Notes under the pieces: generated by a model | The model's database searches: none | What the model was told of the DNA's origin: nothing | What the model saw: only the letters and a program-made list of their open reading frames with translations | Part shown: positions 38,184-46,474 of the stretch, in pieces | Layout: each line of letters begins with the position of its first letter | Position numbering within the stretch: position 1 is the first letter of the stretch | Position numbers and translations under genes: made by a program | Source of the DNA: Gammaproteobacteria bacterium | GTDB taxonomy: Bacteria > Pseudomonadota > Gammaproteobacteria > Arenicellales > Poriferihabitantaceae | Direction: 5' to 3' | Assembly (NCBI GenBank): GCA_024644945.1 | Contig: JAHEGU010000006.1 | Span: 39,143 to 103,142, forward strand | DNA length: 64,000 nt

Positions 38184-39625
38184 CAAAACCTGAAGTAGAT
38201 AAAGGGGTTATATGATCCAAGTGCAATATCAAAAATCGCCGCAACCAGTATTATGAATACAAGCAACTGTTTAGCCCCAAGCATTAGATCAGCCTGCAAT
38301 GCATCGGCATATTCATTGACGAACTGGAGACTACGCTGTCGGCACCAGCTGAAGATTGGAGTGCTAAAAATCAAAGCCAGCACGAAAGTAAAATAGAAGC
38401 GATGATCAAGTTGAATGTATACCAGCGGGGAAAATTCCACGTCGCCATTCCGACCAAACATAGCTTTGAGAAAAACATGGCTGTGTCCGAGAGAATCCGC
38501 CCGAAAGAATACCCAGCCTACCAGCACCACGAAGACGACATAAAGATGTTGCAGCGTATTTGGAACCAAGGCAAGGATCGCGCCTAATCGACCGCGCTCC
38601 AGAGCCAGAAAAGTACCGTGGAACAAACCCCAGACTACAAAATTCCAGCTAGCGCCATGCCATAAGCCGCATAGCAGAAACACCACCAGAAGGTTACCCG
38701 AAACTCGTATTGAACTGAGCCGATTGCCACCAAGCGTTATATAAACGTAATCACGAAACCAGCGCGACAGTGAGATATGCCAACGTCGCCAGAATTCGCG
38801 AATAGAACGGGAAATATACGGGTAGTTGAAATTTTCAAGAAAGCGAAATCCGAACATACGCCCCAGTCCTATCGCCATGTCGGAGTAACCAGAAAAATCG
38901 AAGTAAATCTGCAGCGCGTAGCAAACGATACCGAGCCACGCCACCGCCATTCCAAGCTCGTTTCCGTCTAACGAGAAAACCAAGTCGGCGACCTGACCCA
39001 GGGGATTGGCAATCAGCACCTTCTTACCGAGACCGTAAACAAACCGCTCAGCGCCTTTAGCGAAGTCCGCCATCGATACCCAGCGCTTCTGTAACTGGTC
39101 ACTAATATCCCGATAACGCACGATCGGTCCCGCGATAAGTTGGGGAAATAGAGAGATGTAGAGCCCGAGATCAAGCAACGATTTCTGACCCGGCGCCTGA
39201 CGACGGTAAACATCTATCAGGTAGGATAGCGACTGAAACGTGAAGAACGAAATGCCAATAGGTAGAGTGACCTCCTCAGGTAACAAGAACTCTTTGGCTG
39301 CAGCGCCAAATACAAACTGCAGATTACTTGCGAGGAAAACCGAATACTTGAAATACAGAAGCGGCGCGAGATTCAGCACCACTCCCAGCCATAAAATGAT
39401 CTTTCGAGTCGATTGCCGGTCTACGTTATCGAGCAGTTTTCCGAATACCCACGATGTTGTGATGGCATAAAGCATAACCAGCACGTATCCACCTTCACCC
39501 CAAGCGTAAAATCCCAGGCTGAAAAGCAGAAGTACGGTGTTACGAAACTTCTGGCCAACCGAAAAGTGCGCCAGCAGGACCAGCGGTAAAAAAAGAAATA
39601 GGAAAATCGTTGACGAAAAAACCAA
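38183..39625 (-). CDS. MBOAT family membrane O-acyltransferase (AlgI/PatA/DltB-like)
   Basis: 480 aa. N-terminus MVFSSTIFLFLFLP (apparent TTG start) and conserved-His region CGLWHGASWNFVVWGLFHG. Confidence 0.85.
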   Translation of the reverse strand: MVFSSTIFLFLFLPLVLLAHFSVGQKFRNTVLLLFSLGFYAWGEGGYVLVMLYAITTSWVFGKLLDNVDRQSTRKIILWLGVVLNLAPLLYFKYSVFLASNLQFVFGAAAKEFLLPEEVTLPIGISFFTFQSLSYLIDVYRRQAPGQKSLLDLGLYISLFPQLIAGPIVRYRDISDQLQKRWVSMADFAKGAERFVYGLGKKVLIANPLGQVADLVFSLDGNELGMAVAWLGIVCYALQIYFDFSGYSDMAIGLGRMFGFRFLENFNYPYISRSIREFWRRWHISLSRWFRDYVYITLGGNRLSSIRVSGNLLVVFLLCGLWHGASWNFVVWGLFHGTFLALERGRLGAILALVPNTLQHLYVVFVVLVGWVFFRADSLGHSHVFLKAMFGRNGDVEFSPLVYIQLDHRFYFTFVLALIFSTPIFSWCRQRSLQFVNEYADALQADLMLGAKQLLVFIILVAAIFDIALGSYNPFIYFRF

Positions 39626-39827
39626 TAGTCTATTTACCTCGCCGCATCACGGTAATTTTGTACTTGTATCCTGACAAATTTGCGCTGCACTATAACAAAC
39701 CCAGGCGCAGTGATGACAATCCAGTTTGGTTTCGACACAATACAATGTGTCCTGCAAATTCTTTAACACATCGCTGGTCCCAATCCAGTCCAGGTCGACG
39801 TCGCTAACAATCGGATAACTCTGACCA

Positions 39828-41255
39828 GTGCCACCTGACGCATCTACTATCTCGAATCGATTACCGCAGAGGCTGCTCGCGCTATCAATGTTAATACTGA
39901 TGCTATCGGTATTGATCGCACGTCATGATCCAGGAAAGCTGTTTGCCTTACTGTCTTATATTGCAATGGCCCTGGTGGCCCTGCTGTCAATTAGAAAAAT
40001 CGGGATCAGGGAAACCTATCTGTTAATTATCAGCGGATTGCTGTCCATCACAGTTTGTCTTGAGCACCCAGAACCATTGCATGCCTTTCAGGCCTCCCTC
40101 GATCAAGCAGCATTCATGATGGCCTTCATTCTGCTGCTTGGACTACTGTATGAAGCGGCGGTCAATTCACCAGCAATAACCGAATGCGGTCGCTACATCA
40201 CCAGGCAGCCGCCGGGGCGGCGTTTCGTATCACTTTATCTCGGTACTGGACTGATGTCGGTATTATTCAATCTTGGTGTCATCAGTCTGCTTACTCCCTT
40301 AATTCAAAGTGGTGTCAGAACCGTCAATCCGGGAGATCCACTTAATCCAATTCGGGAACGGCGTCAGCTGGTAGCGGTTCAACGGGGATTTGCATGGGGT
40401 ATTATCTGGTCACCCACGGCTCTGGCACCACTGACGATTCTCGACCTGGTGCCGGGTATCGACAGATCACGATGGATCTTGTTCGGTTTTATCATCGCCT
40501 CGATAGCCATGGTTATTGGATGGCTGGAAGATTATCTGCGGTTTCGCTACATCAGTCGCGCCAGAAAGACTCCTCGACCGACTCCCCCTGCTTTACCGCG
40601 CAGTGCACTGCTTCGATTTACCGCTGCTTTTTTCTGGCTGCTTTCCTTGACTCTTTGCTTCAGCTATACGTCAAACGACACTGTAGTATTCGGATTAATG
40701 TTGGCGTGCCCATTCATGATGCTTGGCTGGCTGTTAGCGCAGCAGGGATTTGTTGCAGGTGCGGTGTCACGTGCAAAAAAACAGCTAGGAATAGTGGTGT
40801 TTGAGAATCTGCCTCACGCCGCACCAGTATCCATCACCTTAGCCTGTTCCGGATTCATCGGTCGTGCGGCGGCGGCTCTGGTGCCCGCAGATCAGCTGAT
40901 CGCTGCCGCTGGTATCGATTTATTTCCCAACTACGTATTCCTTTCCCTACTGCCGCTGGCAATCACGTTGTTGTCTTTCATGGCGCTGAGTCCTATCGTC
41001 ACTTCGGTATTCCTTGGAAGTGTGCTGGGCAGTCTCGACGTCTTGCCTATTGATGCCACCTTGCTAGCTATCTCGATTTCCTGCGGATGGGCACTAGCCA
41101 TGACGGTGTCTCCTTTTGTGACATTGGTTCTGGTCATGGTGCGCGCGTCCGGACATACAGGGATAACGCTCTCGCTGAAGTGGAATTTTGGATTTGCACT
41201 GATGTCGGCACTCATGCTGTTTCCAATATTCTGGATTCTCACTGGTGGACGTTGA
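39828..41255 (+). CDS. polytopic membrane protein of unknown function
   Basis: 475 aa, about 12 hydrophobic segments, GTG start. I recognise no family signature. Confidence 0.5.
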   Translation: MPPDASTISNRLPQRLLALSMLILMLSVLIARHDPGKLFALLSYIAMALVALLSIRKIGIRETYLLIISGLLSITVCLEHPEPLHAFQASLDQAAFMMAFILLLGLLYEAAVNSPAITECGRYITRQPPGRRFVSLYLGTGLMSVLFNLGVISLLTPLIQSGVRTVNPGDPLNPIRERRQLVAVQRGFAWGIIWSPTALAPLTILDLVPGIDRSRWILFGFIIASIAMVIGWLEDYLRFRYISRARKTPRPTPPALPRSALLRFTAAFFWLLSLTLCFSYTSNDTVVFGLMLACPFMMLGWLLAQQGFVAGAVSRAKKQLGIVVFENLPHAAPVSITLACSGFIGRAAAALVPADQLIAAAGIDLFPNYVFLSLLPLAITLLSFMALSPIVTSVFLGSVLGSLDVLPIDATLLAISISCGWALAMTVSPFVTLVLVMVRASGHTGITLSLKWNFGFALMSALMLFPIFWILTGGR

Positions 41256-41281
41256 ATTTCTGCGGTCAACCAAATACTTAA

Positions 41282-41494
41282 TGCAAATTCTTTTTGCAAA
41301 TAGCTTTGATTCTTATTTCCATTTGCAATATTAGTTTCCCGGGTTGTTTACAATAACGGACCCATTTGTGCAGGAGTTAGTTAATCTAGAAGGCAGAGAT
41401 CACGCGTTTGTGCAATCTGATTTGGATTTGCAGCCGTATTTCACAGCCGCTTCATCCGCATTTTGGGATCGTCTATCTGTTATCTGTATTTCAC
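41282..41494 (+). promoter_or_regulatory. repeat-rich upstream region of the HiPIP gene (multiple TGCAAAT/ATTTGCA, TTTGTGCA, TATCTGT and GTATTTCAC copies)
   Basis: TGCAAAT at 41282 and 41295. ATTTGCA at 41321 and 41426. TTTGTGCA at 41365 and 41407. Tandem TATCTGT at 41474 and 41481. GTATTTCAC at 41436 and 41486. AGGAG RBS at 41516-41520. Confidence 0.3.
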
Positions 41495-41528
41495 GATGTG
41501 TAACTTAAGTTTTTCAGGAGATTAAAAT

Positions 41529-41867
41529 ATGAAACAAGAAGATAAATTGCAACGACGAGAGTTCGTCAAGCTTGCTGTTGGCTCTGCGGTCGTCGTGCCA
41601 TTTTTAACCACTAACCAGGCTTTAGCCGGCGGGCACATGCCTCGGGTCGATGAAAGCGACCCGCAAGCTACTGCGCTAGGATACAAGCACGACAGCACTG
41701 CAGTAGACGGCTCCGCCTACGCTAATCATGAGGCGTCCCAGATTTGCTCTGGCTGCAATCTTTATCAGGGCAAGGAAGGCGACGAATGGGGCCCCTGTTC
41801 GATTTTTCCTGGCAAGGAAGTAGCCGCGGCAGGATGGTGTTCCGCCTTTGTTCCCAAGCCAAGTTAA
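41529..41867 (+). CDS. high-potential iron-sulfur protein (HiPIP) with Tat signal
   Basis: 112 aa. RREFVKLAVGSAVVVPF twin-arginine signal, and the Cys pattern CSGC...WGPC...GWC typical of HiPIP. Confidence 0.85.
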   Translation: MKQEDKLQRREFVKLAVGSAVVVPFLTTNQALAGGHMPRVDESDPQATALGYKHDSTAVDGSAYANHEASQICSGCNLYQGKEGDEWGPCSIFPGKEVAAAGWCSAFVPKPS

Positions 41868-41890
41868 ATCTGTACTGGAAAAGCAGGAAG

Positions 41891-41918
41891 TCCGGGCGCT
41901 TAAGTTACAGCGCCCGGA
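41891..41918. terminator. bidirectional hairpin between convergent genes (9-bp perfect GC-rich stem)
   Basis: TCCGGGCGC (41891-41899) and GCGCCCGGA (41910-41918) with a 10-nt loop, lying between the HiPIP stop and the DmdA-like stop. The T-tracts are weak on both sides. Confidence 0.55.
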
Positions 41919-41932
41919 TTAAGGCATCCCGA

Positions 41933-43045
41933 TCACATTGGCAAACCCGTCACTTTGCCCTCCCTGACCACTCGATCCTCACCCTCAACCAAAACCCGCT
42001 GTTGTTCCTCCCAGTAACCTCTTTCGATCATTGCCAAACCAACATTGGTCTTAAAACGCGGCGACCAGATCGCGCTGGTGACGTAACCAACGGGTTCGTC
42101 ATCGATCCTGACCGGCCACGGTATCGAACACGGCGGACAACGTTCTTGACCAAACTTGACGCCCCGGATGCTTCGTTCCGGCCCTGTCGCATAAATCTTC
42201 TGAAGTGCTTCACGTCCTATAAAATTTATGGATCCGTCAAGCTGGCAAAAGCGCTCAAGCCCGCATTCCAGGGGATTGTTATCAAGAGTCATCTCGTTGC
42301 CATAGGAAAGCAATCCCGCCTCGATTCGCTCAATCAAGTTAGGACAGCCGGGGGACACTTCCAGCCCTTGGCCTGCTTGCCACAAATTCGACCATAAACG
42401 ATCTCCTAGTTTGGGCTGATCGAGGTAAATTTCAAATCCTCCCTGTTTACTGAATCCCGACCGGGCGATAACCAGCGGCTGAGATTCAAAATCGAACCTA
42501 TCGAAAGTAAAAAACTTGAGTTTCCTGATCGCCTGGCCAAACACCTCCGCCATCAGATCATCCGCTTTCGGCCCCTGCACAGCCATGGGCCAGACGTCAG
42601 GTTCGCTAACTTCGACCTCGAGTCGCAGGCCATAGGAAAGCCCCTTGGCCCACAACAGCACATCGGAATCCGCCAACGATAACCAGTATCGATCGGCACT
42701 TAATTTAAGGATGACCGGATCATTTAACATACCTCCGTTATGGTCGACTAACGGTGCATAGAGGCACTGCCCGACAAAAGCGTTGCCGAGATCCCGCGGT
42801 GTCATCAGCTGCATCAGCTTAGTGGCGTCAGGTCCTTTAACCTCTACCTGTCGCTGACAACCAACGTCCCACAGTTGAACATGCTCGCGCAGATGCCAAT
42901 AGTCCTCTTCCACGCTACGGCTAAATCCCTTGGGCAAAATAGTGTGATTTACCACGGTGTATCCCGACACCCCGTGTTTCTCCACCTGCCTTTTATAAGG
43001 CGTGGAACGGATACGGCGGGAGCTCGCTAGCGTTAGAGAAGTCAT
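41933..43045 (-). CDS. dmdA: GcvT-family aminomethyltransferase, DmdA (DMSP demethylase)-like
   Basis: 370 aa. Segments RRIRSTPY...GVSGYTVVNHTILP, HVQLWDVGCQRQVEVKGPDA, VIARSGFSKQGGFEIY and CPNLIERIEAGLLSYGNEM closely resemble what I recall of characterised DmdA rather than canonical GcvT. Not verified by alignment. Confidence 0.6.
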   Translation of the reverse strand: MTSLTLASSRRIRSTPYKRQVEKHGVSGYTVVNHTILPKGFSRSVEEDYWHLREHVQLWDVGCQRQVEVKGPDATKLMQLMTPRDLGNAFVGQCLYAPLVDHNGGMLNDPVILKLSADRYWLSLADSDVLLWAKGLSYGLRLEVEVSEPDVWPMAVQGPKADDLMAEVFGQAIRKLKFFTFDRFDFESQPLVIARSGFSKQGGFEIYLDQPKLGDRLWSNLWQAGQGLEVSPGCPNLIERIEAGLLSYGNEMTLDNNPLECGLERFCQLDGSINFIGREALQKIYATGPERSIRGVKFGQERCPPCSIPWPVRIDDEPVGYVTSAIWSPRFKTNVGLAMIERGYWEEQQRVLVEGEDRVVREGKVTGLPM

Positions 43046-43057
43046 GAAGGCTCAGGA

Positions 43058-43414
43058 CTATTCAGACCACCATACGGTATAAGAATGCGGCGAGAGAATC
43101 ACCGGAATGTGATAACGCTGCTCACGCGCAACCATTGAAAACCGGATCACCACTTGTTTCAAATGTTGTGCCATATTTTCGATCTTGTGCATGTCAACAA
43201 AGTATTGGTGCCCGTAGACCACCATTTCAAACAACTGCTCCGAGTCTCCGTCGACAATCTCAACGGACTCAGCTATGCGTCCCTGTTCATCGCTAACTAC
43301 GTCGAACACGATCTTGTTCTCCAGCTCTGAACTCACGCCTAACAGCTGGACCCGGATGCCGCAGGCCGATTTTCCGCTAACGGCGTCGAGGATATGGGAA
43401 GATAATTCTGGCAT
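43058..43414 (-). CDS. transthyretin-fold protein (5-hydroxyisourate hydrolase family-like) lacking the C-terminal YRGS motif
   Basis: 118 aa. N-terminal SSHILDAVSGKSA and C-terminal RYHIPVILSPHSY fit the HIUase/TTR fold. The protein ends ...TVWWSE instead of ...YRGS. Confidence 0.7.
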   Translation of the reverse strand: MPELSSHILDAVSGKSACGIRVQLLGVSSELENKIVFDVVSDEQGRIAESVEIVDGDSEQLFEMVVYGHQYFVDMHKIENMAQHLKQVVIRFSMVAREQRYHIPVILSPHSYTVWWSE

Positions 43415-43436
43415 GTTGAACTAAGGTCTTCTCTGC

Positions 43437-45152
43437 TTATTCGATCGAAGCTTTATCGCGTTTGCTGGTTGTTGCCAGTACGATTGGACTGATATATCCC
43501 TTTGTCTTAACGTTGACACAAGCAGTCTTACCGCTATCAATAGCCCGCTTTAGAGCAGGCAACAGTTGCTCGGGACGTTCTACAAGTTCGCCGTGACCGC
43601 CCAGGCCCTCGAACATGTTATGAAACGGTATATCCCGAAAGTCGGTTGCAAAGTGATCTCCTGTCTCAAACATGCGCTCCTGCTGCTGAGAAATACAGTC
43701 GAGACCACCATTGTTGTCAATTACCACAACAATAGGCAGTTTCTCCTGAAACGCCGCCTCGACACTTAATCCCCCTGACAGGAACGCACCATCTCCGCTA
43801 ATCAGCACTATGTTTGAATCAGGGTTGTTCATCTTTGCTGCGATTGCAAACGATACGCCTACTCCAAGCATACTGAAGGTGCCGGGATGTAAAATACTAC
43901 CCAGCTTCTGCCCTCGCCAGCCGGCGATATTGACCGCAATCTCCGACCAGAAGTGCGTATTCCCCCCATCAATAACCAGCCAGTCATCTTTGCTCAATAC
44001 CGACTGTACCTCTAGCGCCAGACGCAACGGGTGAAGCAGTCCGTCAGACTCTTCCAGGGATGGAATATCTTTCTCCGTTTGTACCACCCACGCCTCTCTT
44101 TTCCGGCGGTTAAGTTCCATCCACTCCTGACTCCATTGGCGTTCATTTTCTAGACTTAAAATCGCATCCAGAAACGCGCCGGGATCACTCAGTAATTGCA
44201 CATCCGCCGGCCGGTTGTGTTCTAGCTCTTCATGGGAGCCGTTAATGCAAACCAGTTTTGTTGTATCCGGAAAAAAAGGCGGGTTACCAAAATTCATCTG
44301 ATTATCCAAACGCGCGCCGATCATCAACACAAGGTCAGATTCCTGGATCGCAAATTTCGACGGTGCGTATTGATGAAAATCTGCAAGACCCATGTAAGCC
44401 TCGCTCTCTTCCCCCAGGAGCTTCTGATGGTAAGGCACATTGAAAACAGGGATTCCAAGCAGCTTTCCTGCCTGCTCGAGCTTGGCTTCCGCGCCAGACC
44501 ACCAGACGCCATGACCACCGATTAACACTGGACGCATGGCTTGGCGCACTAACTCGAGCACGAATTCCAGATCCTGTGGATCGGGCCACGCTTTAGGAGG
44601 GGCAGTAAATCCTCTTGTGAAAGGGCGCTCTTCACGTCCCACGTCCTCCTCGAACGAACTGAACATAATGTCAACCGGCACGCTCAAGTGGACTGGACCG
44701 GGGTATCCACTGAGCGCAATTCTGAAAGCGCGGTCAACAAATTCAGGAATTCTCTCACCATCGGTGACCTGAGCGCTGTACTTAGTCAGAGGTGCTGCAA
44801 TCGCGACGTCGTCGATCTCCTTAAAGCCCCCGGAACCTTGGCGCCTCAGAGTACTCGAACCGGTCACAAAAATCACCGGAGAGCGCTCACCCCAGGCCTC
44901 CATCATAGAAGGGATTGCGTTGGCGAATCCCTCGGGTCCCACCAGGCACACCGCAGGATGACGGGTGATGCGGGTGTAACCGTCTGCGAGATGACCCGCC
45001 ACCTGTTCGTGGGGAGCATTGATCACCGGGATGCCGCAGGTCATAAATCCTTCAAGTGCTGGATTACAAAAACCACCACTCAGAGTAAATACCTGCTTCA
45101 CTCCTTTCTCTTTAAACGCACGCGCAAGTAGCATGCCCCCACGGATTTTCAT
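43437..45152 (-). CDS. thiamine-diphosphate-dependent enzyme of the ALS/POX/oxalyl-CoA decarboxylase/BFD family
   Basis: 571 aa from the ATG at 45152 (ATGA overlap with the upstream gene). Three-domain layout, N-terminal HEQVAGHLADGY, and ThDP motif GDGAFLSGG...VVVIDNNGG. Confidence 0.85.
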   Translation of the reverse strand: MKIRGGMLLARAFKEKGVKQVFTLSGGFCNPALEGFMTCGIPVINAPHEQVAGHLADGYTRITRHPAVCLVGPEGFANAIPSMMEAWGERSPVIFVTGSSTLRRQGSGGFKEIDDVAIAAPLTKYSAQVTDGERIPEFVDRAFRIALSGYPGPVHLSVPVDIMFSSFEEDVGREERPFTRGFTAPPKAWPDPQDLEFVLELVRQAMRPVLIGGHGVWWSGAEAKLEQAGKLLGIPVFNVPYHQKLLGEESEAYMGLADFHQYAPSKFAIQESDLVLMIGARLDNQMNFGNPPFFPDTTKLVCINGSHEELEHNRPADVQLLSDPGAFLDAILSLENERQWSQEWMELNRRKREAWVVQTEKDIPSLEESDGLLHPLRLALEVQSVLSKDDWLVIDGGNTHFWSEIAVNIAGWRGQKLGSILHPGTFSMLGVGVSFAIAAKMNNPDSNIVLISGDGAFLSGGLSVEAAFQEKLPIVVVIDNNGGLDCISQQQERMFETGDHFATDFRDIPFHNMFEGLGGHGELVERPEQLLPALKRAIDSGKTACVNVKTKGYISPIVLATTSKRDKASIE

Positions 45153-46258
45153 TTTTGTACGATCACTGAGTGATTGATCTGCTGAATTCCGGTACAACCT
45201 ATTTGCGCCATGGTGACACTGATCTCATTGCGCACAAGGTCTATCACCCGCTGGAGTCCATGCTCCCCATCAGCCCCCAGCCCATAAAGCAGAGAACGAC
45301 CCAGCATCACGAAACTCGCGCCCAGGGCGAGCGCCTTGACCACGCCTTCTCCACCTCGAATACCGCTATCAAAAAGCATTGGATAATCAGGCCCTAGAGC
45401 TTCACGCAGCAGCGGCAGCATGTCAATGGCAGCCGGTGCTGCGTCAAGTTGACGGCCGCCATGATTAGAGACATAAATTGAATCAATACCGGTGTTCTGA
45501 ATTCGTAACGCATCCTCGACAGACAGCACACCTTTAACGATCAGACGCCCTTTCCATCGACGCCGCAGGCGATCAAGAAACTCCCAGTCGACCAGACCCC
45601 GGCCGCCATCACGGTAAAACTCTCCCGGGGAAAAATTAGCCAGACTGGGCGCACCTGCCAACAACGTTTTTACAGACCAGCCGGGATGCAATGCAAAATC
45701 GACAATCTGCCTGACCCCGATTCGAAGCGGTGCTTCAAATCCATTTTTAAGATCACGGACCCGTGGCGCAACTTGCGGGACATCGACTGTAAGAATCAAT
45801 GTGGTATAGCCCGCGTCTTCGACGCGCTGCACAAGTTGCATGGCTTGGGATTCAGATTGCCCTACGTAGAGCTGAAACCAGCCGTTTTCTGGGATCCATT
45901 GTGCGACCTGTTCGAGGCTGGTGGAAGACATCGTGGACAGCGCCATCGGAATATCAAACTTTTTCGCCGCATCTGCCAACATCCGATCCGCATCTGGCCA
46001 AGTGAGATTGCACATCCCCATCGGTGCGATGCCGAAAGGAAGACCCCAGTCCCGATCAAGAAATCGAGTGCTAAGATCTCGCTGCGCCACATTCACCAAC
46101 ACTCTGGGTAGCAGTCGCAATTGCTGAATTTTCTCCTGATTCAGGCCATTGGCGTACTCGGCACCGGCGGCACCATCGACACAATCAAACATGATTTTCG
46201 GCATACGACGCCTGGCGTAACGGCGTGCGTCAGCGATGCAGTGAATCGGTTTTGCCAT
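45149..46258 (-). CDS. FMN-dependent alpha-hydroxy-acid dehydrogenase/oxidase (LldD/glycolate oxidase/mandelate dehydrogenase family)
   Basis: 369 aa from the ATG at 46258. Motifs VSNHGGRQLD, FDSGIRGG and PFGIAPMG. Confidence 0.85.
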   Translation of the reverse strand: MAKPIHCIADARRYARRRMPKIMFDCVDGAAGAEYANGLNQEKIQQLRLLPRVLVNVAQRDLSTRFLDRDWGLPFGIAPMGMCNLTWPDADRMLADAAKKFDIPMALSTMSSTSLEQVAQWIPENGWFQLYVGQSESQAMQLVQRVEDAGYTTLILTVDVPQVAPRVRDLKNGFEAPLRIGVRQIVDFALHPGWSVKTLLAGAPSLANFSPGEFYRDGGRGLVDWEFLDRLRRRWKGRLIVKGVLSVEDALRIQNTGIDSIYVSNHGGRQLDAAPAAIDMLPLLREALGPDYPMLFDSGIRGGEGVVKALALGASFVMLGRSLLYGLGADGEHGLQRVIDLVRNEISVTMAQIGCTGIQQINHSVIVQK

Positions 46259-46430
46259 TAAAGACCAGGTAGGTAATTTTATACATTTGTGGGTTGAAGT
46301 ATGGGCGATTACAGCGGCTTTGCAAACTGTTATCAATCCTGGATCAACGAGTTACGATTTGATCGTATTGCACCTTGAGATAAGAGAGTTTTACTTTCTG
46401 AATGGTAAACGAGGCAAATTGAAATGTCGC

Positions 46431-46439
46431 TGTTATAAT
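46431..46439 (+). promoter_or_regulatory. candidate extended -10 element (TGTTATAAT) for the ytoQ-like gene
   Basis: TGnTATAAT match at 46431-46439, 36 nt upstream of the ATG at 46475. No good -35 element. Confidence 0.3.
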
Positions 46440-46474
46440 TATTCTCGTTTACACCTTTATCCCTGGTTATAAAA

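Noticed and set aside
41282-41433. TGCA-containing repeats upstream of HiPIP as additional BoxR operators
   Set aside because: The spacing (N9 rather than N6) and the extended heptamer differ from the boxC-proximal site, and there is no functional rationale. They are reported only as unexplained repeats.
41744-42397. 217-aa plus-strand ORF antisense to the DmdA-like gene
   Set aside because: It lies entirely inside a gene with strong family motifs on the other strand. It has an Arg/Ser/Pro-rich composition typical of antisense frames and no RBS.
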